The position numbers were made by a program, and so were the translations under genes. A stretch of 64,000 nucleotides of DNA, taken from NCBI GenBank assembly GCA_008690995.1, contig VRMN01000002.1, forward strand, positions 806,001 through 870,000. Reading direction: 5' to 3'. This document shows positions 21,724-31,566 of this stretch, in pieces (positions within the stretch are counted from its first letter, which is position 1; every line of letters begins with the position of its first letter). The stretch comes from Porphyridium purpureum (Eukaryota). The notes beneath the pieces were generated by a model. The model did not search any database. It was not told where the DNA came from and saw only the letters and a program-made list of their open reading frames with translations.

Positions 21724-21821
21724 AAAGCCGGGACAGGTTGACGTTTTCAATGTGGAAATGGCGTGTTAGGTAACTTCGTGAGGAAGAAAAAAAAAAAAAG
21801 TCATCAGCAAAGATTAAAAAA

Positions 21822-22625
21822 ATGAAAGGCAGCGGTATGGCGCCGGCATCTAGGTTGAGTCCCGTGAGCGCCGCGTACGGCCTGTGTGTTCTTGCCATAG
21901 TCATTCGATGCATAATCGTGTCGCGGCGATGGAGCTTGGAATCGACCTCTGGCGCAACCATGCTTGCTCGGGGTGACGATGGCACACGGATAAGCCCGGG
22001 CGCGAGGCTGACCCTGTTGGATATTCTGCAGTCGATCAGCCGCGTCTTGGACAGCAACGCAATTGAGCACTGGATCTACCCAGGCGCAGCCCTGCTTGAA
22101 GAAAAGCGCGCGGACGCTGACTTTACCAATGTGCGCGTGTCACCGTTTCACGAAGGCCTCGATCTCGCGGTATGGAGCGCTGATGTGAATCGTGTCATGT
22201 TTGCCGCGCCCTTCTTGAAAGCTCAAGGTTTCAGCTTGGTTGAAACAAACTTTGGGTTTCGTGTCTTCCACGAGCACTCTGGGATGGCGGACGAGCGCTT
22301 CGACTTCAAAACGCCCTTCGTCGATTTGATTCTGGTGAAGCGCGTGAGCATGTACGACGGCAGGAAAGTGATAGCAAATTACTGTAAGGATTGCTCGCGT
22401 GTCATCGTCGGGGCGTGCACAAAGTCGCTCTGCGGATGCATAGTGTCTGCGTACGACGAGGAGCAGGTGTTCCCGCTACGGCACGTGGCGCTGCACAGCG
22501 ATACGTTCCCAGGTCGGTACAATACTGGGAAGACGGCGTATCTTGCAGCTCCGAACGATCTCCACTTGATCCTTGTACCACAAAATGATCTTGTGTATCA
22601 GGAAAATATTCACGTTCTTTTATAG
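21822..22625 (+). CDS. Type II membrane LicD/fukutin-like nucleotidyltransferase-fold protein (degenerate)
   Basis: N-terminal TM helix; LDSNAIEHWIYPGAALL...PFHEGLDLAV...PFVDL...VFPL...APND resembles the LicD pattern. Confidence 0.55.
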   Translation: MKGSGMAPASRLSPVSAAYGLCVLAIVIRCIIVSRRWSLESTSGATMLARGDDGTRISPGARLTLLDILQSISRVLDSNAIEHWIYPGAALLEEKRADADFTNVRVSPFHEGLDLAVWSADVNRVMFAAPFLKAQGFSLVETNFGFRVFHEHSGMADERFDFKTPFVDLILVKRVSMYDGRKVIANYCKDCSRVIVGACTKSLCGCIVSAYDEEQVFPLRHVALHSDTFPGRYNTGKTAYLAAPNDLHLILVPQNDLVYQENIHVLL

Positions 22626-23726
22626 ACATATTGATACTCTGGAAGTGCGTTCATCCGGACAGAAGATGAGCCAGAACGGAATCTGGTTTGTCTTGTCCGG
22701 TGTCGAAAAGACAGTACGACGTGGCCTAGACCGATGGGCTTTTTTGTGAAGCAGCTACATTCCGCTCTGTATTCTTTGCAGGAGGATGATCTCGTTCTGC
22801 TTGGCCTTGCTCAAGAATGTCGATGCCATCCGTAGCATCCAGAATCCTGGCCACATTCCTGATACGGGGCGTTTTTACGGCCGCGCAGTACATCTTGCGG
22901 GTATCTCCTGGCCGAGTGCTGGTATTTATTGTGGTCAAGACACGCACAGTCTCTGTACTGACTGTCATGATTGTCGGCCTCTGCTCCTCAATCTGTGTTC
23001 GCTGCTCCAAGTTTGGCTCGTCTGCTGCGGAATTCTTGCTGTGAGTGTTCTTGGTGCTGAAACACGCGCGAAATTTGGCTCCCAGGTTCGTGAAGAGCTC
23101 ATATTCTAGGCTCTGTGTGATGTTCCAAATTCATATTCGACGTCGAAGCCTTCCAAGCACGCTGTGCAACACGCAACAGACGCGCTGCCCTGCACCCCCG
23201 CCGTTGCGCGCTTTTTCGTCTCGCGCCTGCTTTCAGCGGCTTACACAGTACCCATCTCATGAGGTACAGTTTATCGCTGTGGCGATGTAAGCTTGGGTTT
23301 GCCCCACTGCGCGTGTGGAGAAAGCGAAGATGAGGAGCGCGCACACGGCGCAAAGCCGGTAGCTTGGGCAGTCAGCGAGCAGAGCGCTGACGGCAGGTTG
23401 AAGCTCAATCCCTTGAATTCATGTCCGCGTGTCCGCGTACAATGGCGATGGAGTTCAGCCCAGTTTTTTTTTTTTTTTTTTTTGGTCCTGGATTTTTTGC
23501 CACGTGTGCGCAACGCACTGACATGCTCAGCGCACGCATGTGATCCAGTGCGCGCGGCATGTTGGGTATAAAGGCAGCATAAAGGCCTATGGGACACAGA
23601 CAAGCGGGTGGGCCGTCTTTTCTTGTCTCTGCATGAGGATACGCAACACAATACTCAACAGTGTCGGATTATGCATAGAACAACAAGAGAAAGCACAAGC
23701 AGTTGTCAAAGCAGCGAGTTTCCCAA

Positions 23727-24133
23727 TGGCAACGTCTGTCACGCGCTCGGCAAATGCTGGGAATGTGAAAGCACATGACCGTCAGACCTGCAAGGCGGAC
23801 TCGGCGCGTTTGCATGCACAACTGGCGGCGGAAAAGTCGATCTGGCCGATGTTCCAGATGGAGGATTTGGAGCTGGACTACGTTACAGAACTCAACACCA
23901 GTCGCAACCGAGATAAATCCCACGAGCGGGAACAGATTGTAAGAATCTCAGACAGCATATTTACGGATGGAGATGCAGATCGAAAAATAGCTGCAGTGCT
24001 CGATTCACTTGCGGCTCACGAGATCGATGACCTCCCGTTTTGGCTGTGTACTGGTGAATGGTATGAGCCAACCAGAAAGCAGGGACAGATACACAACATC
24101 TCGTTTGCCCAACCCTCGCCCAGGATTATCTAG
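23727..24133 (+). CDS. Hypothetical protein (start uncertain; the frame is open from 23540)
   Basis: Globular-looking composition in an otherwise unassigned interval; no family recognised. Confidence 0.4.
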
Positions 24134-24244
24134 CAACAATCACGCGAACTGAATAACTTTGACAATCGCTTATGTAAAAACACTGAGACAAGCGACACAA
24201 GACACACCACTGCTTGCACTGAAAGGCCTCTTGCACTTGCTCAT

Positions 24245-24838
24245 CTAACAGGAACCAAGGCGCACCTTATTCGGCGTCTTGAAGCGAGAGTCATGAAACA
24301 TGGGCGTGTCCTGCTTGTCACCGCCGACGGGACCCACTGCGTGCATGAAGTAGAGCTCGGAGGCGTCGCTGAGTTCGAGATATTCGCCCGCTCGCATGTC
24401 AAAGAAGCGGTCAAACTCGACGAACGCACGATCTGACGGCGTGCTTTCTGACCCAGAAAAGGTGATGTTGATCGGGCCGCCAAGCTGTCGCTGCTTCAGC
24501 GGGGGAAGTGCGTTGGCGATGGCCTCGCGGTCTTGGAGCCTCACGCCGTCCATTGCCGTGATGTCATCCTTCACGATGAACATGTAAATCTCAGCGCCCG
24601 CCATTCCAGGCGGGCCCATCGGGTTGAGCGCAAACGCAGCCCAATGCGTCTCCTGCGTGTCCCCATCCTTGGCCAGTTCGAGCTCAATCGATAAGGTGCT
24701 GTTCTTCAGGTTCCTCACGACCCAATTGTGCTTGTATCCATACAGAGCCTGATCGCTTTCGTACACACACTCTGCACAACACACAGCCGCCGCCAACATC
24801 AGACACAGCACACCACCCACACACGCGACAGACACCAT
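24245..24838 (-). CDS. Secreted DOMON-domain protein (probable heme-binding type)
   Basis: Signal peptide MVSVACVGGVLCLMLAAAVCCA; HWAAFAL...GMAGAEIY...VEFDR...MHAVG...MFH with Met and His in ligand positions. Confidence 0.75.
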   Translation of the reverse strand: MVSVACVGGVLCLMLAAAVCCAECVYESDQALYGYKHNWVVRNLKNSTLSIELELAKDGDTQETHWAAFALNPMGPPGMAGAEIYMFIVKDDITAMDGVRLQDREAIANALPPLKQRQLGGPINITFSGSESTPSDRAFVEFDRFFDMRAGEYLELSDASELYFMHAVGPVGGDKQDTPMFHDSRFKTPNKVRLGSC

Positions 24839-25700
24839 CCTCACCACGCGTTCTTCTTCGTCGCTCCAACTTGGACCACCACAGCGAGACTGCCTTCCTG
24901 CTCTCCATCGCCTGCGGCACCAGCAACACATCTGTGTCCCTTCTACTATCTCATCGCTTCAAATACCAACGCGCGCAGCTGGCGCCACCGTGTTGGCGTC
25001 TGTGATGCGGGCTAGTTACGACAAAGGAGTCGAGACGAACGGCCAGACAGGGCTATTCCAGTTCAGACGGCAAGAGCCATCCTCGGATGTTGCACTTGCA
25101 TCCACCAGCTGCTACTGCCCGCGGCCTGCTGCCCCTGCTGCAGCTCGCGAGGTCCGCATGGTCCGCGCGTCCTCCATGCGTCTCAACGCGCTTGCTCCAA
25201 ATGGCGCAAGCTGATTGATAATCAAAGTACAGTCTGCACTGTACGTCTACTTCCACTTCCACGCACTGCCCCTAAAACTACAAATTACTTCGCGAATTCC
25301 ACCCACCCGCTGAAAGACCGTGCAATTTGCAAAGTAATTTGTGCATTTAAAATTGAGGGTACAGTTCGTACAGTTTTGAGAAGGAGTCTTGCGAGTGGTA
25401 CGCAAGCTGGAGTGGAACAGAAGCGCAGGAAGAGCAGGCGTGCGGCGATCTGATGGTTATGCGGCGCGCCGCGAAGCTGCGCTTGGAACTGCGCACGGTG
25501 TTCCGCATCTTGTTTCCGGGTCCGCTGTCAAAACCCCGCGCTCTTTTGCCGGACGAAATCTCCGCGGCAAAGCTACGCGACGTAGCTAAACGAACGCGCG
25601 CCAGTGGAGACTTGGACCGAGCAGAGACTTATTTGGGGTATCCGTGCCACGCGCAGCATTCTCGTCCTAGCTCACGTGCAGCTATTTTTGAAAGGCAGGG

Positions 25701-26549
25701 ATGAGTACGCTGAGAAATTTGAGGCGAAAGTGGAAGCCAGCGTCTGTGACATGTGTGTTGTGCTCGTCGGGGGAGCCGTTGGTTGGCGGGGCCCAGTTCC
25801 CGTCTTTTACACCACGCATCATTCGCTTCTTTTCTGAGCAAGCCGTTGTGGAAGAGCATCAGCAGCTCAACGTGACAGTCCTAGGCACAGAGGAAAATTT
25901 GGTGGAGAGCGCCACTTGTCATGAACCTCAGTCACTTGGAGCGCCGCGTGACTCGGAGCGAAACGGGCAGCAGTTACCTTTGGACTCTTGCTCTGCAATA
26001 CCCTGTAGGGATTCTCATGCAGCATCTGCGCTAGAAGCAGCGATCCGAATTTCTTTGCAGCATGTCCATGGTCTGACCGAGCGACGTGAGGCATCAAACA
26101 AGTCAAGAACCCAGATACCCACTGTACGGTACGAGATGAGCGACTTTGACCAGAACAAGCTGTCACCACCATGGGAACAACAGGCGCAGAGGCCCTCCAG
26201 CAGGCAAACAATCAGCGAGTGTGTGCCTTACAGTATGGCGGACTTTGATCCTGCCACAATGACTCCTCCGTGGGAATCGGAACCGGACGGCGACAAGTTG
26301 CGCACAATGAGCAATAGACCTGCATCAGGTGAGGTGGAGTATTTACTTTCGGAGAACGGGCTTAAGTTCCGCAGCGGGTCGGATTCACAGCAACTTGTGG
26401 TGAAAAATTGCCCCTTCTGTCATCCAATCAAGGGCATGCCGGACAACCAATACAAGCTCAACATACATCGTGAAAAAGGCGTGTTTTTTTGTTTTCGCTG
26501 CGGTGCAGCGGGCAATTGGGCCTCACTCTGTCGTCAGCTAGCTAGTTGA
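25701..26549 (+). CDS. Stand-alone Twinkle/T7-gp4-type primase zinc-binding-domain protein, copy 1
   Basis: C-terminal YLLSENGL..QLVVKNCPFCH..NQYKLNIHREKGVFFCFRCGAAGNWASL; basic presequence-like N-terminus. Confidence 0.75.
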   Translation: MSTLRNLRRKWKPASVTCVLCSSGEPLVGGAQFPSFTPRIIRFFSEQAVVEEHQQLNVTVLGTEENLVESATCHEPQSLGAPRDSERNGQQLPLDSCSAIPCRDSHAASALEAAIRISLQHVHGLTERREASNKSRTQIPTVRYEMSDFDQNKLSPPWEQQAQRPSSRQTISECVPYSMADFDPATMTPPWESEPDGDKLRTMSNRPASGEVEYLLSENGLKFRSGSDSQQLVVKNCPFCHPIKGMPDNQYKLNIHREKGVFFCFRCGAAGNWASLCRQLAS

Positions 26550-27046
26550 GTCGGAACGCGACCCCAGAAAAAGTTCAGCCCTCTAGGCCAAGTTCATTGA
26601 CATCCCATCTCCCGCCGATGTGCAGGTTGCACCAAGCTCAGTGGGGCAATAAAGATGCTGCCATTGAAGCGCGCGAATCTGCATGTCTACTGGAATCGAT
26701 GAATGGGACATTGCCGAGGATGGACGGTCCTGCACGTGATCGATTTGGCGTGAATGTGTCTTGTCACACCTGAAGGACCACATCGTGGCGTAAAATTGTC
26801 ATACAATGTTCAGATTCGCTTCAGCTCATCGGCTGCAAATTGCGCGGCTGGAGCGTAACGGCGAGCTCAGTGGATGATTCCGAGCGGTCTGGTTCTTCAA
26901 CATCTCATGAATATGTGTTGCATGTGACTCGTCGACCTGACCGCACCTGGACAGAGGCCTCACACTTGAAGAGCCTGATGTCTGGGCTTTCCAAGGATCA
27001 GAAGCAGCGCAGCCGATGCACCGCGCCCTGGCTTTCTTTTCCATGA
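26546..27046 (+). pseudogene. Possible decayed primase-domain remnant following ZBD copy 1
   Basis: Shifted frame with RFGVNV, an in-frame TGA at 26771-26773, then QLIGCKLR, resembling the primase FGV...K.R motifs. Confidence 0.35.
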
Positions 27047-27177
27047 AAGGCTGAGACCACGTGGGCGCCTCAATTTTCCCCTTTGACCGCGCCATGAAAT
27101 AAATTATCAGAATTTTTTTTCCGCCGAGAGTCGCGGGCACGACATGAAGACGTTCTGTTCGATCGGCAGCGAGAACG

Positions 27178-28023
27178 ATGTCAGCGGCCTTCCGACGGAT
27201 ACCACGTGCGCTCGGCCGTTTGGATGTGGGGATTGGTCGAACAGTCTTGCTGCGCGATGCATTGCGTTACACCCCCAGAAACGTGTCATTTGGTTGGGTG
27301 CCGATGCGTATGCTGTGGATTGTGTCAAAGCGCACCGAGCGACAACATCGATTGCGGTACCGCAGAGTAGAATCGGTCGCATATTTTGCGTCGCGGAAAG
27401 AAGGCGGGGAGAACCGAAATTCGCGAGGCTCAGAGGAGAACGCGAAATGGATCCCTTTCCGGGACGACGAATCGCCAGGTCAATCTTACGAGGACCAGCC
27501 ACATGAATGGGACATGCCGGCAAAAGAAACCGATGACTTTGACGAGCTGGAGGACGAACTTGCAACAGGCGCACTAGACGAGTCGCCCAGGATGCTCGTT
27601 TCTGGGCGGCAGAGGACTCGTCGAGACGACGAACAGAGTGAACAGGGGCGTCAGGGTGACCTGCACGAATGGGATGACGCGGAAGACCAGAACTGGTACC
27701 CCGAAGATGTGTACGCAAGCGACGATGAGTCTAAGAAGCAGTTCCCGCCACTTCGAGAGCAACCATTGCCAGACCATGTCTACCCTGGCGATCCGGAAAA
27801 GTTGAAGGCGTTCTTGACTGAAAATGGATGCATTGTCAAGGATAGGATTGGACCGGGTGGGGAGTATGTAGGCGTTTTAAATTGCCCATTCTGCCACCAG
27901 AAGGGCAAGCCTTGGAATAAGGAGTACAACCTGAGGATCCGCCGCTCGTCTGGAATCTACCGGTGCTCTCGCTGCCACGCGTATGGAGACTGGGATTCGC
28001 TGCGTTTCTATATAAGTTTATAG
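27178..28023 (+). CDS. Stand-alone Twinkle-type primase zinc-binding-domain protein, copy 2
   Basis: AFLTENG..VLNCPFCHQKGKPWNKEYNLRIRRSSGIYRCSRCHAYGDWDSL; Arg-rich presequence; acidic middle region. Confidence 0.78.
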   Translation: MSAAFRRIPRALGRLDVGIGRTVLLRDALRYTPRNVSFGWVPMRMLWIVSKRTERQHRLRYRRVESVAYFASRKEGGENRNSRGSEENAKWIPFRDDESPGQSYEDQPHEWDMPAKETDDFDELEDELATGALDESPRMLVSGRQRTRRDDEQSEQGRQGDLHEWDDAEDQNWYPEDVYASDDESKKQFPPLREQPLPDHVYPGDPEKLKAFLTENGCIVKDRIGPGGEYVGVLNCPFCHQKGKPWNKEYNLRIRRSSGIYRCSRCHAYGDWDSLRFYISL

Positions 28024-28099
28024 AGACAACGCTCACAAAGCTTAGCACAGGAAAGATAAACATATTGACGAGCGGCCGAGGCCACTCGCGAGCGCCGCG

Positions 28100-28870
28100 A
28101 TGTACGCGCGGTCCGCGCGGTCCGCGCGGATGCCAACCGTATTTGGCTATTGCACCATTCCGACGCGCTTTCTCGAAAGTCGTGCACGTGGTGCCGCGTT
28201 GCGCCGCGCCATGGGTGACTACGGAGAGTGTGCGGCGGCCTGGGCCTACTTGGAGCAGCAGCGCCGGCTCCGGCCAAGTACGGCGGAACACTTTGGGGTC
28301 AAGGTGGAGCCCGGCGCGTTTGTGTTTCCGATCTTCTCCGCCGGTGGCGAGGTAGTCATGGAAAAGAGGCGCCAGCTCAGGTATAAAAGCTTTTCGTATC
28401 GTCGTTTGACCGAGGAGCGCGTTGAGCTTCGAGACACGCTCCCTTTCGGCCTCCACTGTGTGCCCAAAGACGCATCTGAAGTGGCAGTCACCGAGGGGGA
28501 ATTCGATGCAATGTCCGTCTTTCAGGAGACAGGCATACCTGCCGTGTCTCTGAGCTCTGCGTCGCAAACGCTGTCGCAGACATTTGAACAGTGCTTCCGG
28601 CGCTTCAACATTGTGTACCTGTGGTTAGACCACGATGCTGCGGGCATGAAAGCCAAGCAAAAGCTGTTGGAGCTGCTTGGCTATTTTCGATGTAAGGTCG
28701 TGCAGCACGATCTCTTTGGCTGCAAAGACGCAAACGACGCGCTTCAGAAGGGCATGGACTTGAAAGTGATTCTGGGAAGCGCACAATGGCCGACGCATCC
28801 GACGCAGATTACTTATGCAGATCTGCACAAAGATGTGGAAAGTACGTTCCCCAAGTTAAAGCCGAAGTAG
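28100..28870 (+). CDS. Twinkle-type primase catalytic (RPD/TOPRIM) domain as a separate ORF
   Basis: YLEQQRRL..HFGV..VFP..KRR; PFGLH; VTEGEFDAMSVFQETGIPAVSL; LWLDHDAAG; KDANDAL. A possible 55-nt intron (28842-28896) would extend the C-terminus to 29090. Confidence 0.88.
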   Translation: MYARSARSARMPTVFGYCTIPTRFLESRARGAALRRAMGDYGECAAAWAYLEQQRRLRPSTAEHFGVKVEPGAFVFPIFSAGGEVVMEKRRQLRYKSFSYRRLTEERVELRDTLPFGLHCVPKDASEVAVTEGEFDAMSVFQETGIPAVSLSSASQTLSQTFEQCFRRFNIVYLWLDHDAAGMKAKQKLLELLGYFRCKVVQHDLFGCKDANDALQKGMDLKVILGSAQWPTHPTQITYADLHKDVESTFPKLKPK

Positions 28871-29055
28871 AGTAACGGAGCCTGCGAAAATGGCAGATTT
28901 ATTTAAGCAAACGGAGAACGAACTGCGAAAGGAACAGACGCGAGCGCTCAAACCACCAGGGCGCGGTCGCCATCTGCGGGAGAGGAAAGCGAAAAGGGAA
29001 CATGCTCTTGTCAAATGTGGCCTGGTTCGTTCCAACGGCGGTACCGAAAATAGGC

Positions 29056-29526
29056 TCAAAGGCCCGGAGCACTCGCATTGGCCTTCATAATGGCACGCGA
29101 CCGAGCCAGCAAGAGACCATCAAGGAAGCTGTGGAGCATTTCCGACTCGATGCACGCATGCTGCTCAGATACGCGCGATGTCGCGAGAACCGCAGTCAGG
29201 ATAAATGTGTTGCACTCGAACTCTGCGGGGCTGAAAGACCTGCACATTCGCGCGAGCATATCTGCGTAAATCAGTTTGTGTAGCACGAGGGAGCACTCGG
29301 ACGCCTTCAGCTCACGCGTATTGAGCATCAAGTCTTCGTTCACAATGCCATACTCGGCACTGTCTAAGCCAGGATTCGGGAACGCGTGCAAGTAGCTGTC
29401 ATCCCCGCCATTCACGATTCCCGACGTGTCATACTCATCGCTGGTCTGACGCTGCGCTGCGGCAATGCGTGCCACTAGCACCAAGCCGAACAGCAGCACG
29501 ACAGTCATACCTCGTGCAGCCGCCAT
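29056..29526 (-). CDS. Hypothetical secreted Cys-containing protein
   Basis: Signal peptide MAAARGMTVVLLFGLVLVARIAAA; four Cys in the mature region; coding-like codon usage. Confidence 0.6.
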   Translation of the reverse strand: MAAARGMTVVLLFGLVLVARIAAAQRQTSDEYDTSGIVNGGDDSYLHAFPNPGLDSAEYGIVNEDLMLNTRELKASECSLVLHKLIYADMLARMCRSFSPAEFECNTFILTAVLATSRVSEQHACIESEMLHSFLDGLLLARSRAIMKANASAPGL

Positions 29527-30330
29527 GATGATACCTCTCTGCCTGCCTTGTTATTACGCCGTGGTCGACAGCTCAGTAGGTAAACGAAAATCAAAGAGAT
29601 CAAGGCCCTTTACCCAAAACTGTCTCCAAATTTGACTTGCAACGTTGTCCCTCCACACCTTACGTCTCGCATCGTCTCCCGCAACCAAGAGCCATCCGAG
29701 TGCCGCTTATATACACGCTCATTCGAGTCGCGGGCCGTGCCCTCTCGAGCCCAAACCATGGCGCTTTCAAAGGCCACCCCGCACGGCAGAAGCGAAAGGG
29801 TACTCGCTGCCACATTTCAAAACCAAGGGGCACTCGCCCTTGCTCAACGCTCCGAGGTGGAAACCCAGACGTTGAAATCCTGGACGGCAATCGGGCACAC
29901 AGAACGTTTCCGGCGCGTGAATCTAGACAGACACATCACACGCAGGCGCACATACACGCGCGCGCGCACGCAAGCACATATAGCGACCTTGCATCGACCC
30001 GGCACAGGCCCTTCTCGCATACACCTCGCCGCCTGCACAGACGGACGGACGGGCGGACGGACACGCCACGCCAGTGGCGGGGGTACAGCTATCACTGTAC
30101 TTTGATCTCGTACAGTGGTAACTGTACTTATGTGTGGTACAGCTGTCAAACGATCCGGAAGTACAGTGCAGGGTAACGGGCGACGGTAAGCGCGGAGGCG
30201 CGGGAAAAGACGATACGCGAGTTGGTGTGTTGATTGTCGTTCACTGTGGACGCGTGTGGATTTGGCGAGGATATTTGCGTCAGTTATTCAGTGAGAACGT
30301 TGCCTGGCGTGGCGCATTGGGCTCCGGAGG

Positions 30331-31443
30331 ATGATGAACCGCGTGCGCCGTTTGGTGGCGGCGGGGTTCGCGCCGCTGGGTGGGCGATGCATGAGTACGT
30401 ATGCCGGAATATCCAAGCAGGGCTTGACCATACCACCGGAAATCGCATCGTTTCTGCCCGCGGGGAGAGTTGCCAGGCGTCCGCCTCTGCATGAAGTGCG
30501 CAGTGACTTGATAGGTGACGACGTAGCGGCGATTCCAAAACCGCGAATCCCGCCCGTGCCGGATAGCTTGAATCCTTTGGCCCTTTATCTTGAGTCTGAG
30601 TCGTACTATGCGCGGCTGCGTTTCGAGCTTGAGAATCCGGACATATTCACGGGCCGACCCAACTTCTTTTTCAAGGAACTCGACAAGCACCTGAAGGGAC
30701 TTCGGGAAAGAGAGTTTACCGTTTTCACGGGAAAGACGGGCACGGGCAAGACCACGTTTATTGCCCAATACACGTTGGGATACATGCTCGACCAGAAGGA
30801 GCCCACTCCCACCATGTGGGGCTCGTACGAAATGGGCAACCAGAAGCTTGTCAAAATGAAGATGCGGCAGTTCATGTTCGCGAAAAACCCGGCGCTGGGC
30901 ATGCAGACGTCAAAGTCAGTGGACGACCTGCTGCTTGAATCGTTGGACGACGTGTCAGCGGAATTCAGAAAGTTGCCGTTGTACTTCCTGAACACGAAAA
31001 GAGCCTTTGATCTTGGGTCATTGAGGAGCGTGGTGCAAGATCTCGGCATTAAGCACATGGTGCTCGACAACCTGCAGTTCATTGCCGGTGAAGTCGGGGT
31101 AGGAAACAAGAAATTTGACTGCATGGATGACTTGGTGCGCAATCTTAGAGATTTCGCCGATGAGTATGATCTGCACGTGACTTTGATTGCACACCCGCGC
31201 AAGGAGAATGCTAGAAAACTGACCATTCAATCTTTGTTTGGCTCGGGCAAGTTGTCGCAAGAATCAGACAATGTGATCGCTCTCCAGTTGCCCGACCGAG
31301 CGGAGTCAAGACAAACGCGTCTCGTGCAAATCTTGAAGCAGCGCGAAGGCGGAAATCTTGTAGAAACAAAGGTGGTGTACAACCCGAGAACGTGCCTCTA
31401 CGAGGAGATTTCGCCGAATCCATTTTTACCTGACACTGACTAA
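30331..31443 (+). CDS. Twinkle-type SF4 (DnaB-like) helicase domain as a separate ORF with mitochondrial presequence
   Basis: HLKGLREREFTVFTGKTGTGKTTF, WGSYEM, VLDNLQF, HVTLIAHPRKE, GSGKLSQESDNVI and ILKQR; N-terminus MMNRVRRLVAAGFAPLGGRCMST. Confidence 0.92.
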   Translation: MMNRVRRLVAAGFAPLGGRCMSTYAGISKQGLTIPPEIASFLPAGRVARRPPLHEVRSDLIGDDVAAIPKPRIPPVPDSLNPLALYLESESYYARLRFELENPDIFTGRPNFFFKELDKHLKGLREREFTVFTGKTGTGKTTFIAQYTLGYMLDQKEPTPTMWGSYEMGNQKLVKMKMRQFMFAKNPALGMQTSKSVDDLLLESLDDVSAEFRKLPLYFLNTKRAFDLGSLRSVVQDLGIKHMVLDNLQFIAGEVGVGNKKFDCMDDLVRNLRDFADEYDLHVTLIAHPRKENARKLTIQSLFGSGKLSQESDNVIALQLPDRAESRQTRLVQILKQREGGNLVETKVVYNPRTCLYEEISPNPFLPDTD

Positions 31444-31566
31444 CTAGTACGTCGCGCGCGCGTTTATTTGATTTATTTCTATTTAAGCTCTTGACTAGAG
31501 AGCGTGAGGCAAGCTAGCCTCTCAAATTTATTTTTTTACCTGAACAATCAAAAGAGACAATACTAC

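Noticed and set aside
22726..23651. Several short ORFs and a poly-T run at 23464-23483
   Set aside because: No coherent reading frame or family; a spliced gene could not be reconstructed.
25453..25704. Short Arg-rich ORF upstream of ZBD1 as a first exon
   Set aside because: The GTATCC donor with nearby AG acceptors did not reach the ZBD1 frame, and no family was recognised.
27981..28050. Possible 70-nt intron (GTATGG...CACAG) that would fuse ZBD2 in frame to the TOPRIM ORF
   Set aside because: It would delete the GxWxxL segment conserved in both ZBD copies and leave a presequence-like stretch inside the protein. Disfavoured, but not excluded without cDNA.
25701..31443. Primase/helicase cluster as an integrated phage or virus
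   Set aside because: Motifs are of the eukaryotic Twinkle type with presequences, no capsid, integrase or polymerase genes are adjacent, and composition resembles the flanks.
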